DNA of 64,000 bases, taken from assembly GCA_054600435.1 (NCBI GenBank), contig BAAIJX010000023.1, positions 62,001 through 126,000 of the forward strand, in the 5' to 3' direction. Position numbers and translations under genes: made by a program. Positions 47,650 through 58,398 of the stretch are shown piece by piece (the stretch's first letter is position 1; each line of letters starts with the position of its first letter). The DNA is from Neophaeotheca triangularis (lineage: Eukaryota). The notes beneath the pieces are model-generated. The model searched no databases, was not told where the DNA came from, and saw only the letters and a list, made by a program, of their open reading frames with translations.

Positions 47650-48231
47650 CTAGACCCCCAAAACCTCCCCCCTCCTCCGACGCACATACTCCATCTCCGG
47701 TCCCCATACCCAACAAACCCCTCCATAAACCCCCAGCCCCAAACCCACTAAAATTACCACCCCAAGCAGCCCCCAAATCCATCTCCCCAACTTCTCCTTT
47801 TCTAACCGCAAAAGCTCCCTCTCCTCCCTCGCCTGCTCCATCAGAGTCGTCGAGACGAGGTTTTCGGCTTCCTGGATTTTCGTTCGCGTGTGCAAGCGGC
47901 TGCAACGTGATGTTGTGTCGCGGAGGGTGGTTGTTAGGCGGGCTTGAGTGCGGCGGAGGGTGAGGAGTTCACTGGTTTGATCTTGGTTTGTTTGGCTTTG
48001 GGTGGAAGGGGTTGGGGGATGGGAGTGGCGGCGGCGGAGGTAGGAAGGGGGCTGTGGCTGTGTTTGTTGGGGTTGGTTTTGGGGGTTGGCCTTTAGGGGT
48101 TCTCGGTGGGTTTGGACCGGGCTGGCGGAGATGTGGGAGGGTTGCGGGGAGTTGAGTTCGCTGCGACTGCTGGAGCTGGTCGTGGGGCTGGAGTGGTAGG
48201 AGATTGGGGTTGAATCTCTTGTTGTTGACAT
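47650..48231 (-). CDS. Hypothetical tail-anchored protein, ~193 aa (disordered N-terminus, coiled coil, C-terminal TM)
   Basis: ATG at 48231 (MSTTRDSTP...), heptad-like stretch, hydrophobic 'WIWGLLGVVILVGLGLGVYGGVCW' followed by a short basic tail. Confidence 0.65.
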   Translation of the reverse strand: MSTTRDSTPISYHSSPTTSSSSRSELNSPQPSHISASPVQTHREPLKANPQNQPQQTQPQPPSYLRRRHSHPPTPSTQSQTNQDQTSELLTLRRTQARLTTTLRDTTSRCSRLHTRTKIQEAENLVSTTLMEQAREERELLRLEKEKLGRWIWGLLGVVILVGLGLGVYGGVCWVWGPEMEYVRRRRGEVLGV

Positions 48232-49077
48232 TGTTGAGTGTGCTCCTTTAGGTAGGTAGGTGTAAATGTCCGTTATGGTTGTAAGTAGGTATGTTGTGAT
48301 GCTCTTTTTCCTCCGAAGCGCGGTTCTAGTATGAAGCCAGGAAGCGCAGCTATTTACGTTGTATGATCCTATGGTAGAAGAGGCAACAAAGTAATCGACA
48401 CGATGAGACGTTTCACCTGTCCAGCACATGCAGTGTCATAACACCTCTCAATTCTGAGACATCCAGAGCAGATAATGCAGGGCATCCGACACGTCCGCCG
48501 GCGTAATCTCACAGTGACAGCCCCGGCTGAAACACAATTGAAGAGGACTATGGGCATGCCAGTTGTGGAATCAGGGAATTCGATAAAAAGAGTATCTGGC
48601 TGTGTGACACTACAGAGTTCCTACTCCACGCAACAGCATAGCGGGTAGGCCGCAATACCAAATTTCAAAAGAAAATTTCCGACACAAAACCCCTTTACCA
48701 CCGATTTGGAATGGAGGGGGCAAGGTTGTATATATTGATTATGACAATAATGGCGGCGGGCGGTGGGCTGGCGTTCGACGCCTGAGGCTGAGGGGTGCTG
48801 CTGTGGTCGTCTTGCTTGCGCGCTGCCTGAGGGTGACTCTTCCACTTCACTGTGAGTTGGATTTTCTCACTTCTGGCACCACTCCCTCATTGCAACCTTC
48901 TCTGGTGGAATTCTCCTCTTCTTCCTTTCGCGCTCCGACCCTTCGACCTGCCTAGGAGCCGTTCAGCAGCTTCGTCTCTCCCAAGCACTTTCAAGCTGCT
49001 ACCCAATCATCACCGACAAGCAACTTCTCTTCGCCTTCACCCGCGCTGCTCATAAACGCACAACCGCCACCAACAAC

Positions 49078-49883
49078 ATGACTGAAGGACAAGGCATCAA
49101 GACCATGATGACCGGTTTAGCGAGGTACGTTGCAAGCCACAAAGCCATTCTTGATCCACTTGATTGCTTGTCTTGCAACTCTTTGCTAACGGCCATCTCA
49201 GTCTCTACAAGAGCGGCGAGCACTCCGACCTCAAGATCAAGTGCGGGTGGTTCGAGATGGACGCCCATAAGAGCGTGCTCTGTACGCAGTCGGAGTTCTT
49301 CAAAGCCGCATTCAAGATAGCGACGTTCAAAGTAAGCGCAAACCTCGTTTCGAATCGCGTATACTTGTTGACCGATGGGCGATCTTCTCGTCAGGAGGGC
49401 AAGGAAGGCGTCATCACCCTAAGGGCCATCGATCCAGAGGTCGACGACGACTCCGCGGACTCTCCGGAAATGGTCTCGCTGCTGATGAAGTTTCTCTACC
49501 ACCACAACTACAGGGTTGCTTTCTGCGAGCCAGTGGTGAACGTGTTTGAGCCTTGCTGCGTTTTCGAGCCCAAGTATACCAGCTCGATGCTCATCGACGC
49601 CCAGGCCTTCGCAATCGCCGTCAAATACCTGGTTCCAGGTCTCCGCGAGCTTGCTGCATCTCGCTTCGAACAAGCTGTGAACAGGGACTGGATGATGCAT
49701 TGCTTTGCCCCAACCGTCTACGTCGTTTTCAAGAGCACCCCGGAGGACGTTAAAGAACTGCGCAGCGTCATCGTACAGGCTATCGTCCACCACCGCAGAT
49801 TGCTGAAAGAGCCTGACATCATCGCCGCAATGGAAGACATTCACTCTTTGTGGCTTGCCGTGCTCACAGAACTCGCGGCCTAG
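49078..49883 (+). CDS. BTB/POZ-domain protein (paralog 2), ~221 aa. Exons 49078-49124, 49202-49331, 49395-49883
   Basis: LYKSGEHSDLKIKCG..AHKSVLCTQSEFF...FKEG; 'AQAFAIAVKYLVPGL'. Confidence 0.88.
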
Positions 49884-50341
49884 GAACGATACCGGCCACT
49901 GCGCGGTCTCGACGAATAGCTGCGAATTCGGTGCCATCGTACTACTCCGCCACGCACGTACGAGATGGAATGTTGTGCGCTACCGTGAAAGGCTCAAGAA
50001 AATCACGAAAGGAATACCACCAGAAAGATAAAAGCTTCTCGGCCTGTGTAATGAGACATATGGCAGGGAGAGCTCGATGCAGCGGGTTGATGACAGAGCT
50101 GCTGCTTTGGCGAGTGAAACGTAGTGTGGCTCTGCCAGGCTAGCTTCTAATGCGGCTCATGACTTCTCGATGCAGCGCAGCTTTTCAAACAAACCAAAAA
50201 AGATGCTTCACGATATGCCCCGTACATTAGTCGCGTAGAAGCTATTGCTTTCGGTCCTTTTCGCGGCTGGTATACAGATTCTCACTGCCATCGTGTCAAC
50301 AAACATCCTCCCTCGCATCAACTAGCTACACGACGATAGAC

Positions 50342-50569
50342 TCACGCTTTCTCCCCTTTCCCGCTCTCCCCCATCTTCTTGCCTTCTATCCGCTCTAAGC
50401 TCTCTTCGATGAGACCGATGTGTCCTCGTAGCGTTCCTTCGAGCTCGTCAAAGCGTGCTTCCCGCTCTTCTGCGTTCTCCATGTGCCAGCTTCGGAGGTA
50501 GTAGGTTGCGCCGCCTATGGATGCTAGGTTGACGAGGCCGAGAAGGGTGGAGGGGGAGCGGAGTGACAT
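50342..50569 (-). CDS. Small single-TM coiled-coil protein, 75 aa
   Basis: MSLRSPSTLLGLVNLASIGGATYYLRSW... followed by a charged helix. Coding-like codon usage. Confidence 0.55.
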   Translation of the reverse strand: MSLRSPSTLLGLVNLASIGGATYYLRSWHMENAEEREARFDELEGTLRGHIGLIEESLERIEGKKMGESGKGEKA

Positions 50570-51053
50570 GGTCGAGTGTGCAGAGATGGGGCCTAAATTC
50601 GAGTGGTTAACCTGAGAAAAAATCACAAAGTTCCGCCAACTTCACTTGATTCGATTTTTCAATTTCAACAAAGCAATGTCTCTTCATAGTAATAGGCTAC
50701 AGCGATGAGGTGCCGTTATCCCGAGGTCGTCTCATTCAAGGTGAAGTCAGTGACGATATTGATCTTATCTTATCTCGACCCTTGATCTCGGAGTTAAAGT
50801 CACAGTTACACCGTTACATCTCGCGACCTCTTTGTGCTCCTCAGCTAACTTACCTACGTTATCTTACCGTACCGTTATCCTACCTGACACTTTCCCTAGA
50901 TCGCCACGTTGTCCAACAGTATTGTTTACCTTGCCTGCTCACTTTCCTTTCAGCGCGCAAACGCACTTCCATCGTACCAAGAAGACAGATGAACTAAACC
51001 CCTCTAGTCCTGCCTTGACGGCACCAGACAAACACGATACGAACAAACTCTCG

Positions 51054-54000
51054 ATGATGGAAGACACTCCACCGTCCCCGAATGCTATGGCAGACTTCGA
51101 GCCGATCATACCAGATGCACCAGATGCAGAAACCGGCCCAGATGTCATGAACGATCCCGCCTTCAACCCGCCGCAGCGAACCAACACCAACTCTACCAAG
51201 GCCCCCAGCGAGGCCGGATCCTCTTCCCCCGACACATGCCGAATATGTCGCAGCGAAGGCACGCCGGAGGAACCCCTTTTCTACCCCTGCAAATGCAGTG
51301 GTAGCATCAAGTTCGTCCACCAGGAATGTCTTATGGAATGGCTTTCTCACAGTCGCAAGAAGCACTGCGAGTTGTGCAAGACACCTTTCAAGTTCACGAA
51401 GCTCTACGATGCCGACATGCCGCAGACGTTGCCTTGGAGGGTGTTTGTGAGGCGGGCTTGCATGCACGTGCTCATGACTGGTCTCCAGTGGCTACGAGGG
51501 CTGTTTGTAGCCGGCGTGTGGCTGTTGTTCCTACCGTGGCTTGTTAGATGGGGTTGGAGATGGACTTTCTGGATAGCTGATGCAGGTTGGGCAAGGGAGT
51601 TATTCATGCATAAGATGAAAGGCCAGTTCATGCGAGGAATGGAGCAGGCCGGACCACGCAATGAGACTTCCCCTTACGCAACAGTCGTAGACAATTACTT
51701 CAAGGGACTGGTGGACAAGAGCAATGGAACCAATAAGGCACCAGAAGGACCGTTGGTCTACAGCTGGGCAAACGAAGTGGTCGCTGCTCTCACAGGACAA
51801 ACTATCGACGGGCCCAAGAATGCGACTTCGGCTGTTCTGGACGCGACGCCGTGGCACCTGGCAGACAGTTCGCTTTTCTCAGAATGGTCTTATATATCTC
51901 ACATGTCCGATTCGCCGCGCTTCAACCGCCTTGTACTCGACATCTTCGAAGGCCAAGTCATCACTTGCGTAGTAATTGCTGGCTTCTTGCTGGTATTCCT
52001 CATCCGAGAGTGGGTGGTGCAGCAGCAACCTCTCGCGAACCTCGCGGAAGCCAATCAACAGCTTCATCAAGCCGTCGATCACCTGCAGGAAGAGCACGAC
52101 CACCTCCATGACCGGGAGCGGCAACTGCAACGCCAGGTACAGCTGCTGGATGAAGCGCAACGACAGCTGCAAGCCTGGGAAGAGGAATCAGGAATGACCG
52201 CAGCTGAATTACGCGATGTGGGAGAAGACGCTACCACCGACCAAGATGAGTTCATGGACTGGCAAAGACTCGATTACCTCATGGACGAAGTCACCCAACG
52301 CTTGCACAATCAAACGGATGACGGCGAATACTTTCGGTTGGGAGCTGCGCAAGTCATCAGGCAAAGCGCGCCTGCCAAGCGCGCCGGGGTCAGCTCTTCA
52401 GAGTTTGCGGACTGGATTTTTGCTCGTTTGAGAAACATGGAGGAAGAAGATAGGAGGCAGTGGGAGCTAGTGCTTATGAGCGAGATGAGGAGGCTGGCGC
52501 GTTCCGAAGCCCTTCCCCAAGAAGTTCGAAGCGCTGTGGCTGAGGGGGCCTCTTCGGAGCAGCAGCCAGAAGGTCAGCAGGAGGACAGTGACAGTAGCCA
52601 TGGTCGACCAAACATGCCAGACCGAGATACCTCATTTAGAGCGACAGAGGTTCAGAGACTATTGCAGGAGGCCGAGGGCGTTCTAGGTACTCCTGAGGAA
52701 CGAGAAGCTAGGACACGTCAATTCGAGAGAGCCCAACGGGGCCTAGACGCATTCACTGGACTCGCCAATGCGGAGAGCATTCATGCAACGAAGCGTGCCG
52801 ACAGAGATCCCAGTACGAAGGGTTCTGAAAAGCCTGCTCCCCCCGAGCCACTTCCCATCACGAACGCTGGACCGGAAGCTAGGATGAACATCAAACGTGT
52901 CGGCACTGAACGAGCCAGGCCAGTACCGGAGCCGTACAATGCGAGTGACGTGATAGTCATCAGTCACACCAAGCTTGGCCTTCCTGCTGGTGACGACAAT
53001 TCGGACGGGCAAGACGCCTGGCCGGATGAGTCTATAGGATCTGCACAGAGTAACAACGAAGAGGGCATAGATGAACCCACAGAGACCGACGAGAATGATC
53101 TCTCTGAAGAAGAGCTCGAAGAGCTTCAAGAGGAGATTCAGCAGGAAGAGGACACTTTTAGCAACCGTGTTGCCAGTGTATTCAGAGAGGAATTCGGACT
53201 AGACGAGGCAGAGGAGCTTGAGAACTTGCGGCAAGCTGGACTGGGCCCTGGTGGTGAAGCCGCTGCGAACGATGCACCAGCGGAGTCGGAGCCGAGTTTC
53301 ACCCCCCGCCCACAGGAGCCTCCAGCGGTGCCACACGACGACTATGCTGGCCGGCTGTTTCAATGGTTCTGGGGTGATATCACACTCAACAACACTGGCG
53401 AGCCTGCTCCAACCGCAGCGAACGAGGAGCGTTTAAACGCTGAAGGCGACCAAGGTCAGCAAGCGCCTTTTGTGCCTGTGCAAGACGGCCAACCCGTGCA
53501 GCATGCCAATCATCAACGCCCGCAGGCTCAGCAACCCAACCAACCTCGGCAAGAGAACGCTGAGGCTGACCCAGAAGTCCTCGCAGCTGCTCAACAAGCT
53601 GGTATTGATGCCGAAGCTATAGAAGACGCAGAAGACATCGAAGGCATCCTAGAGCTGATCGGCATGCAAGGCCCGCTCATTGCTCTCGTTCAGACTTCTG
53701 CGTTCTGCACAGTCTTGGTCTGCGGCACGGTCCCCGCGGCGGTGGGTCTACCCTACATGGGCGGCAAGCTGGTGCTCAGCATCATTGGCAGCCCCATCGA
53801 CTTTGCCTTCAAGCTCCCACTGCAGATTCTCGGCTTCGCGGCCGACCTTCTGGTGGATACAACTTTGTTCGTCGGTGGTAGCTTGATCTTGGCATTTTCC
53901 GTCACGCTCGCGTACGTGAGCCAAGGATTGGAACTCGTTTTGCCCGGCCTCAAGCTCGCCAGCTTGTTTGGGAAGCTGACTGATGGCGCCGCGATTTCCT

Positions 54001-56420
54001 CGAATGCGGCAATTGGCCGGCTTGAGAAGCTGTTCACGACTCCAGGAGATGGCCTTGGTGGAAGTTTGGGCTTGGGTGTTAATTGGATCTTCCTCCAGGC
54101 TTCGATGCACGCTCATGCTTCACTCAACAACCTTGAGGAAGAGACAAGATGGGTCTTCCACACCACTGGTCAGACACTGTACGGCTTTGCAGAGACAATT
54201 GCCACCGGCTCTCCATCTTTTGCATGGATGAAAATCTGGGGTGTCATGTCTTACCTCTCGTACACACCCATCAAGTTATTCAGCTACCTGGGAGGGGTCT
54301 GGACGCCTTTCTGGCAGTCTCTGAGAACGACAGGAAGCGTGACTCTGACATTTAGATCCGCAGCGGCTCCACCAGATCCTAGCCTTGTCTGGTGGTCTAC
54401 TCACGATCGCTTCCTAACTATCATGGTTGGGTACACCGCGCTCGCTATGATTGCTACAATCTATGTGGCCCTCGACACCCCTATTACCTCCTCCCCATCC
54501 GGTCAACGTACCGAGAAACTTGTGCGCGATACTCTACGCCAAGCAGGAGGTGTGCTCAAGGTCATCCTGATTATAAGCATTGAGATGTTGGCCTTCCCAC
54601 TCTACTGCGGCATTCTCCTCGACGTCGCCCTGTTACCGCTGTTCGCTGGATCTTCCCTGGCTTCTAGACTGGCTTTTGCGGCGAGCAGCCCGTACAGCTT
54701 CTGTTTCGTGCACTGGTTCGCAGGCACGTGCTATATGTTCCACTTCGCACTCTTTGTGGGCATGTGTCGCAAGATCTTACGCAAGGGGACTATATGGTTC
54801 ATTCGTGACCCGGATGATCCGACGTTCCATCCTGTTAGGGATGTGCTAGAGCGTGGCGTCGCAACGCAGCTCCGCAAGATCGGCTTCAGCGCGCTAGTCT
54901 ACGGTGCGCTCGTCATTCTATGTCTGGGCGGTGTCATCTGGAGTATCGGGCGCATTTTCGAAGGCGTCTTTCCTGTCAGATGGATCAGCACCGAGCCCAT
55001 CATCGAATTCCCAATGGACTTACTGCTCTACAACTTTTGCACGCCCATCGTCTTCCGCTTGTACAAGCCAAGCGATCTTGTCCACGCAATGTATGGATGG
55101 TGGTTGAGGAAGTGTGCTCGTTGGCTCAGGCTTTCGCATTTCCTTTTTGACGACCGCCGACAAAATGAGGAAGGGCAATCACTTAGCTCAGGCTGGCGCA
55201 AGTTTCTCGGTACCTCACCTGACCCAGATGAAGCGAGGAAGGACGACTTTGAGCGGGAAGGCAAGTTTGTCTTCACCCCATGCAGTGATCAGTACAGGCC
55301 ACCCAAGCCGAACGAGGTCTACTTGCACTATACGCCCGACGATGTCTACATCGCCGATGCTGCTGGCAAGAAGCACGAGCACTTCGCTGCGGTCTACATT
55401 CCTCCGGGTTTCCGCAAGCGTATTGCAACTTTCATGGTCTGTCTCTGGTTGTTCTCGGCTGCGATGGGTCTGAGTGCCACTCTTGTGCCTCTCTGCGTGG
55501 GGAGAGGCATGTTGGCAGCCGCATTTGGTCGTGAAGTTCAGAGAGGCATCAACGACGTCCACGCCTTCTCTCTTGGCGCCTACACCCTCTTCGGGCTGAG
55601 CATGATCCTGGCGAGAAGCAAAGCCGGCGCCAGAGCTGTCAAAGACAAAGTCTCAAATCTCGACCTTGCGCCCGTTAAACGCTCAGCCATGCAAGCCCTC
55701 CGCTGCGCCTACGTCTACGGCTTCCTCGGCATCATCATGCCCCTAATTGCAGTCTTGATCCTGCAATTCTACCTCGTCCTCCCACTTCACACCTACGCCG
55801 CAGCCAACAAAGCCTCCAACTCCCCATCAGCCGGCACCTGCCCGGCCTCTCCCTTATTCACCACGCCCCCTCCTACAAACCCGACCTGCCCCGTCACAGC
55901 CGCGAATCCCATCAACCCCGTCAATCACACCATCCACCTCCTCCAAGACTACGCCCTAGGCGCTCTCCAAATCCGCCTAGCCGCCCGCCTAGTCTTCACA
56001 GCTCCCGCCTCGCGCTGGGCCGAAGCCTTCCGTCGCATCACCGCCGCCGGCTACGCCAACCCCTCAATCCGCCTCTTCACCCGCTACGTCACGCTCCCAA
56101 CCCTCCTCTTCGCGAGCATCATCCTCCTCCTACCTCCTCTTATCGCCAAAGCAGGCTTGACAATCCTTCCCGCTATGCTGCCTGTCGCTCTGGCGGGCAA
56201 GTTGGCAACCGAGGGTTTCAACACTATGGTCTATCGCTATTGTTTCCCGGCTTGTGCGGGGCTGGCGGGGGTTTTTGCCGGGGCACAGGAAGTTAAGCGG
56301 CTGACGCTTAGGTGGCGTCAGAGTATCAGGGATGAGGTTTATCTCGTTGGTGAGAGGTTGCATAATTTTGGGGAGAAGAAGCCGCCCGTGGGGAGTAGGG
56401 GGATTATGAGGAAGGTTTGA
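51054..56420 (+). CDS. DOA10: ERAD E3 ubiquitin ligase Doa10/Ssm4 (MARCH6), ~1788 aa, intronless
   Basis: RING-CH 'CRICR..PLFYPCKCSGSIKFVHQECLMEW...CELC', 'FLIREWVVQQ', TD domain 'KVILIISIEM..FP..CG', 'FIRDPDDPTFHP', C-terminal 'IRDEVYLVGERLHN'. Confidence 0.96.
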   Translation: MMEDTPPSPNAMADFEPIIPDAPDAETGPDVMNDPAFNPPQRTNTNSTKAPSEAGSSSPDTCRICRSEGTPEEPLFYPCKCSGSIKFVHQECLMEWLSHSRKKHCELCKTPFKFTKLYDADMPQTLPWRVFVRRACMHVLMTGLQWLRGLFVAGVWLLFLPWLVRWGWRWTFWIADAGWARELFMHKMKGQFMRGMEQAGPRNETSPYATVVDNYFKGLVDKSNGTNKAPEGPLVYSWANEVVAALTGQTIDGPKNATSAVLDATPWHLADSSLFSEWSYISHMSDSPRFNRLVLDIFEGQVITCVVIAGFLLVFLIREWVVQQQPLANLAEANQQLHQAVDHLQEEHDHLHDRERQLQRQVQLLDEAQRQLQAWEEESGMTAAELRDVGEDATTDQDEFMDWQRLDYLMDEVTQRLHNQTDDGEYFRLGAAQVIRQSAPAKRAGVSSSEFADWIFARLRNMEEEDRRQWELVLMSEMRRLARSEALPQEVRSAVAEGASSEQQPEGQQEDSDSSHGRPNMPDRDTSFRATEVQRLLQEAEGVLGTPEEREARTRQFERAQRGLDAFTGLANAESIHATKRADRDPSTKGSEKPAPPEPLPITNAGPEARMNIKRVGTERARPVPEPYNASDVIVISHTKLGLPAGDDNSDGQDAWPDESIGSAQSNNEEGIDEPTETDENDLSEEELEELQEEIQQEEDTFSNRVASVFREEFGLDEAEELENLRQAGLGPGGEAAANDAPAESEPSFTPRPQEPPAVPHDDYAGRLFQWFWGDITLNNTGEPAPTAANEERLNAEGDQGQQAPFVPVQDGQPVQHANHQRPQAQQPNQPRQENAEADPEVLAAAQQAGIDAEAIEDAEDIEGILELIGMQGPLIALVQTSAFCTVLVCGTVPAAVGLPYMGGKLVLSIIGSPIDFAFKLPLQILGFAADLLVDTTLFVGGSLILAFSVTLAYVSQGLELVLPGLKLASLFGKLTDGAAISSNAAIGRLEKLFTTPGDGLGGSLGLGVNWIFLQASMHAHASLNNLEEETRWVFHTTGQTLYGFAETIATGSPSFAWMKIWGVMSYLSYTPIKLFSYLGGVWTPFWQSLRTTGSVTLTFRSAAAPPDPSLVWWSTHDRFLTIMVGYTALAMIATIYVALDTPITSSPSGQRTEKLVRDTLRQAGGVLKVILIISIEMLAFPLYCGILLDVALLPLFAGSSLASRLAFAASSPYSFCFVHWFAGTCYMFHFALFVGMCRKILRKGTIWFIRDPDDPTFHPVRDVLERGVATQLRKIGFSALVYGALVILCLGGVIWSIGRIFEGVFPVRWISTEPIIEFPMDLLLYNFCTPIVFRLYKPSDLVHAMYGWWLRKCARWLRLSHFLFDDRRQNEEGQSLSSGWRKFLGTSPDPDEARKDDFEREGKFVFTPCSDQYRPPKPNEVYLHYTPDDVYIADAAGKKHEHFAAVYIPPGFRKRIATFMVCLWLFSAAMGLSATLVPLCVGRGMLAAAFGREVQRGINDVHAFSLGAYTLFGLSMILARSKAGARAVKDKVSNLDLAPVKRSAMQALRCAYVYGFLGIIMPLIAVLILQFYLVLPLHTYAAANKASNSPSAGTCPASPLFTTPPPTNPTCPVTAANPINPVNHTIHLLQDYALGALQIRLAARLVFTAPASRWAEAFRRITAAGYANPSIRLFTRYVTLPTLLFASIILLLPPLIAKAGLTILPAMLPVALAGKLATEGFNTMVYRYCFPACAGLAGVFAGAQEVKRLTLRWRQSIRDEVYLVGERLHNFGEKKPPVGSRGIMRKV

Positions 56421-58398
56421 GGTGGCGGGGAGAGGGATTTGTTGGGAAGTTTGGAAGTTTGAAGGAATGAGAACCAACAGGGGTAGGAGGCGTTTTTTGT
56501 AGAGATTGTATGATACCCATGTCATTTGCATCGTCGGTGGTATACATTCGAAACACTGCTCGGATCTCTGTAATCCGAGTCGAAAGAAATTCGTCACCTC
56601 GGTTTAGCTACAATTTGAGGTTACGACTGACCACGCTCTGCTGGCTCCAGTCTTTTGCTCACGTGCCGTATCGTTCGTTGGTGTTCACCTTCCCTCAAGG
56701 ATCCTTCTCTTACATTCCGGAACTCCAGTCTTTACAGCGCGCACACATGGCAGCACGTTCGCCACCTGCGCAACTCTTGCAGACAACCGTTAGCCCGCTC
56801 CCGCTTTTATTGTAGATCCTCACCTCTCTGTGAGCGGTACAGCGGGAGAGCAGGGTGCTACAGGTGCCACATAGGATTTTACCCCTTCCGTCACTCGAGG
56901 GCGGCATGTCCTGATGAGATTGAGCTAGCTGTGCGCCTATGCTCTTTGATGAGAAGTCGGTCCCACTATGATATTGTTACACGCGAGCGTCTGCCTGGGC
57001 CAACTTCAGCTGGTCAAATTCGGCCGTGTTTTGTTGGCGCTGCTCAACAGCGATGTTGTGGAAGACGTAGGCTTTAAGGGCAAACTTAGAAAGGATGAAG
57101 TCAAGCAGCCTTTGATGATGCGCAAAGAACTGAAAGAAATAGGTCAGACAGGTATGCGATACCCAAAAGTGCCAAAGAAACTCTCCCCGTCGGGAGAGAA
57201 GAAACCGACTTAGCAGACGATGTACCCGAAGGCTGGTTTGCTTTTTCCTGGGGGGTTTTTTTTTTCTTTCTACGGTCCTGTAATTTGTAGTGCCCTTGGG
57301 CGGTCAGCGGTGAGGGGGGTTTCGAACGGGGGGTGGGGGATGGCATACCTTGTCCTTGGCGCACTACCCAAGTTGCCAAATGCCCGGAGGCAAGAAGTAT
57401 GGCGGGTGGGTTGATTATATGGTCTGGCTTCGTTTTGCTTCCAGATGAGGTACTGTTGGCATTGTGGTGGGTGTGTTCGGGCTGCTGGTGCGAGGCTCTG
57501 GTCTCTTGGCCATGGTGAGTGGCTCTTTGCTCGATATGCTAGGCGTCCGAGGGCGGGAAGGTACGCGGTCACATTGGAACCTGTTCGTCCTAACGGTGAT
57601 ATAGGCCGGGTTCTCGACGATGCTGCCACTCGGGAACATGGGCTTCCCATGACTAGGCTCACGGATTGTACTCGCTTGGTAACCAGTGGCCCCGACAAGT
57701 TGTCCGGGTCTCGGGCCAGTAATAAGTAGTGATGGGAGTAGAAATCTATGTCCCATTGGTGAACGCGACAAAGAGCAATCTGTCGCCGAAGTCCAGTACC
57801 ATGGAATCTTTGCCATGGACGGCGGTCCGCATCCGAAGTACTATATCACACTCGCGTTTTCCACTTCATGTCATGATCAGTTGACGCCTTGTTCACATAC
57901 CTCTATCTGCTTTCACAGAGTACCCGCCCCTGGCCAGTCGCTGAAGACTGTGGGAGCCACCATACCGTGCACCTACTAGTTTTATGCTCGTATCATGAGC
58001 ACTCAAAACTTCTCAGCAGGAAAGTGTCCGATTAAAAAAAAAAATGTATCTCCTCCCAAGGAGGAAAAGCGGCGTTCATCATGAGGTGAAGTCGAAACTA
58101 GCACAAACACTTACCCTACACACTCAGCCTAGCACGCATTGCACGCCTAGGTACATAGCGACTCGGCCAGGGCGGCCGGGGTCCCACTATCCATGCTGAC
58201 GTCCATTGCCCTTACCCTCAATCACCAGCCGACAATCGTAGTTGCGTGCCTTTGAATTTTGATTGTGCCTTGTCATATGAGCGAACGCTTTAGCAGTTCA
58301 AGGGTATTTAACGGCGGCGATCACTCAGCAGGAAAACAACACAAATAGAAAAGCTTAAAGCAAGATTGAATTCATTTGGGCATCCTCCCCATTGGCGC

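Noticed and set aside
50832..51053. In-frame TTG-initiated extension of DOA10
   Set aside because: Lies in promoter/UTR-like sequence with no targeting or domain features; no support for a non-AUG start.
56911..56965. CTGATGAG hammerhead-like core
   Set aside because: No flanking stems or correctly placed GAAA.
56500..58300. Short ORFs downstream of DOA10
   Set aside because: No consistent frame, splice pattern or recognisable motif.
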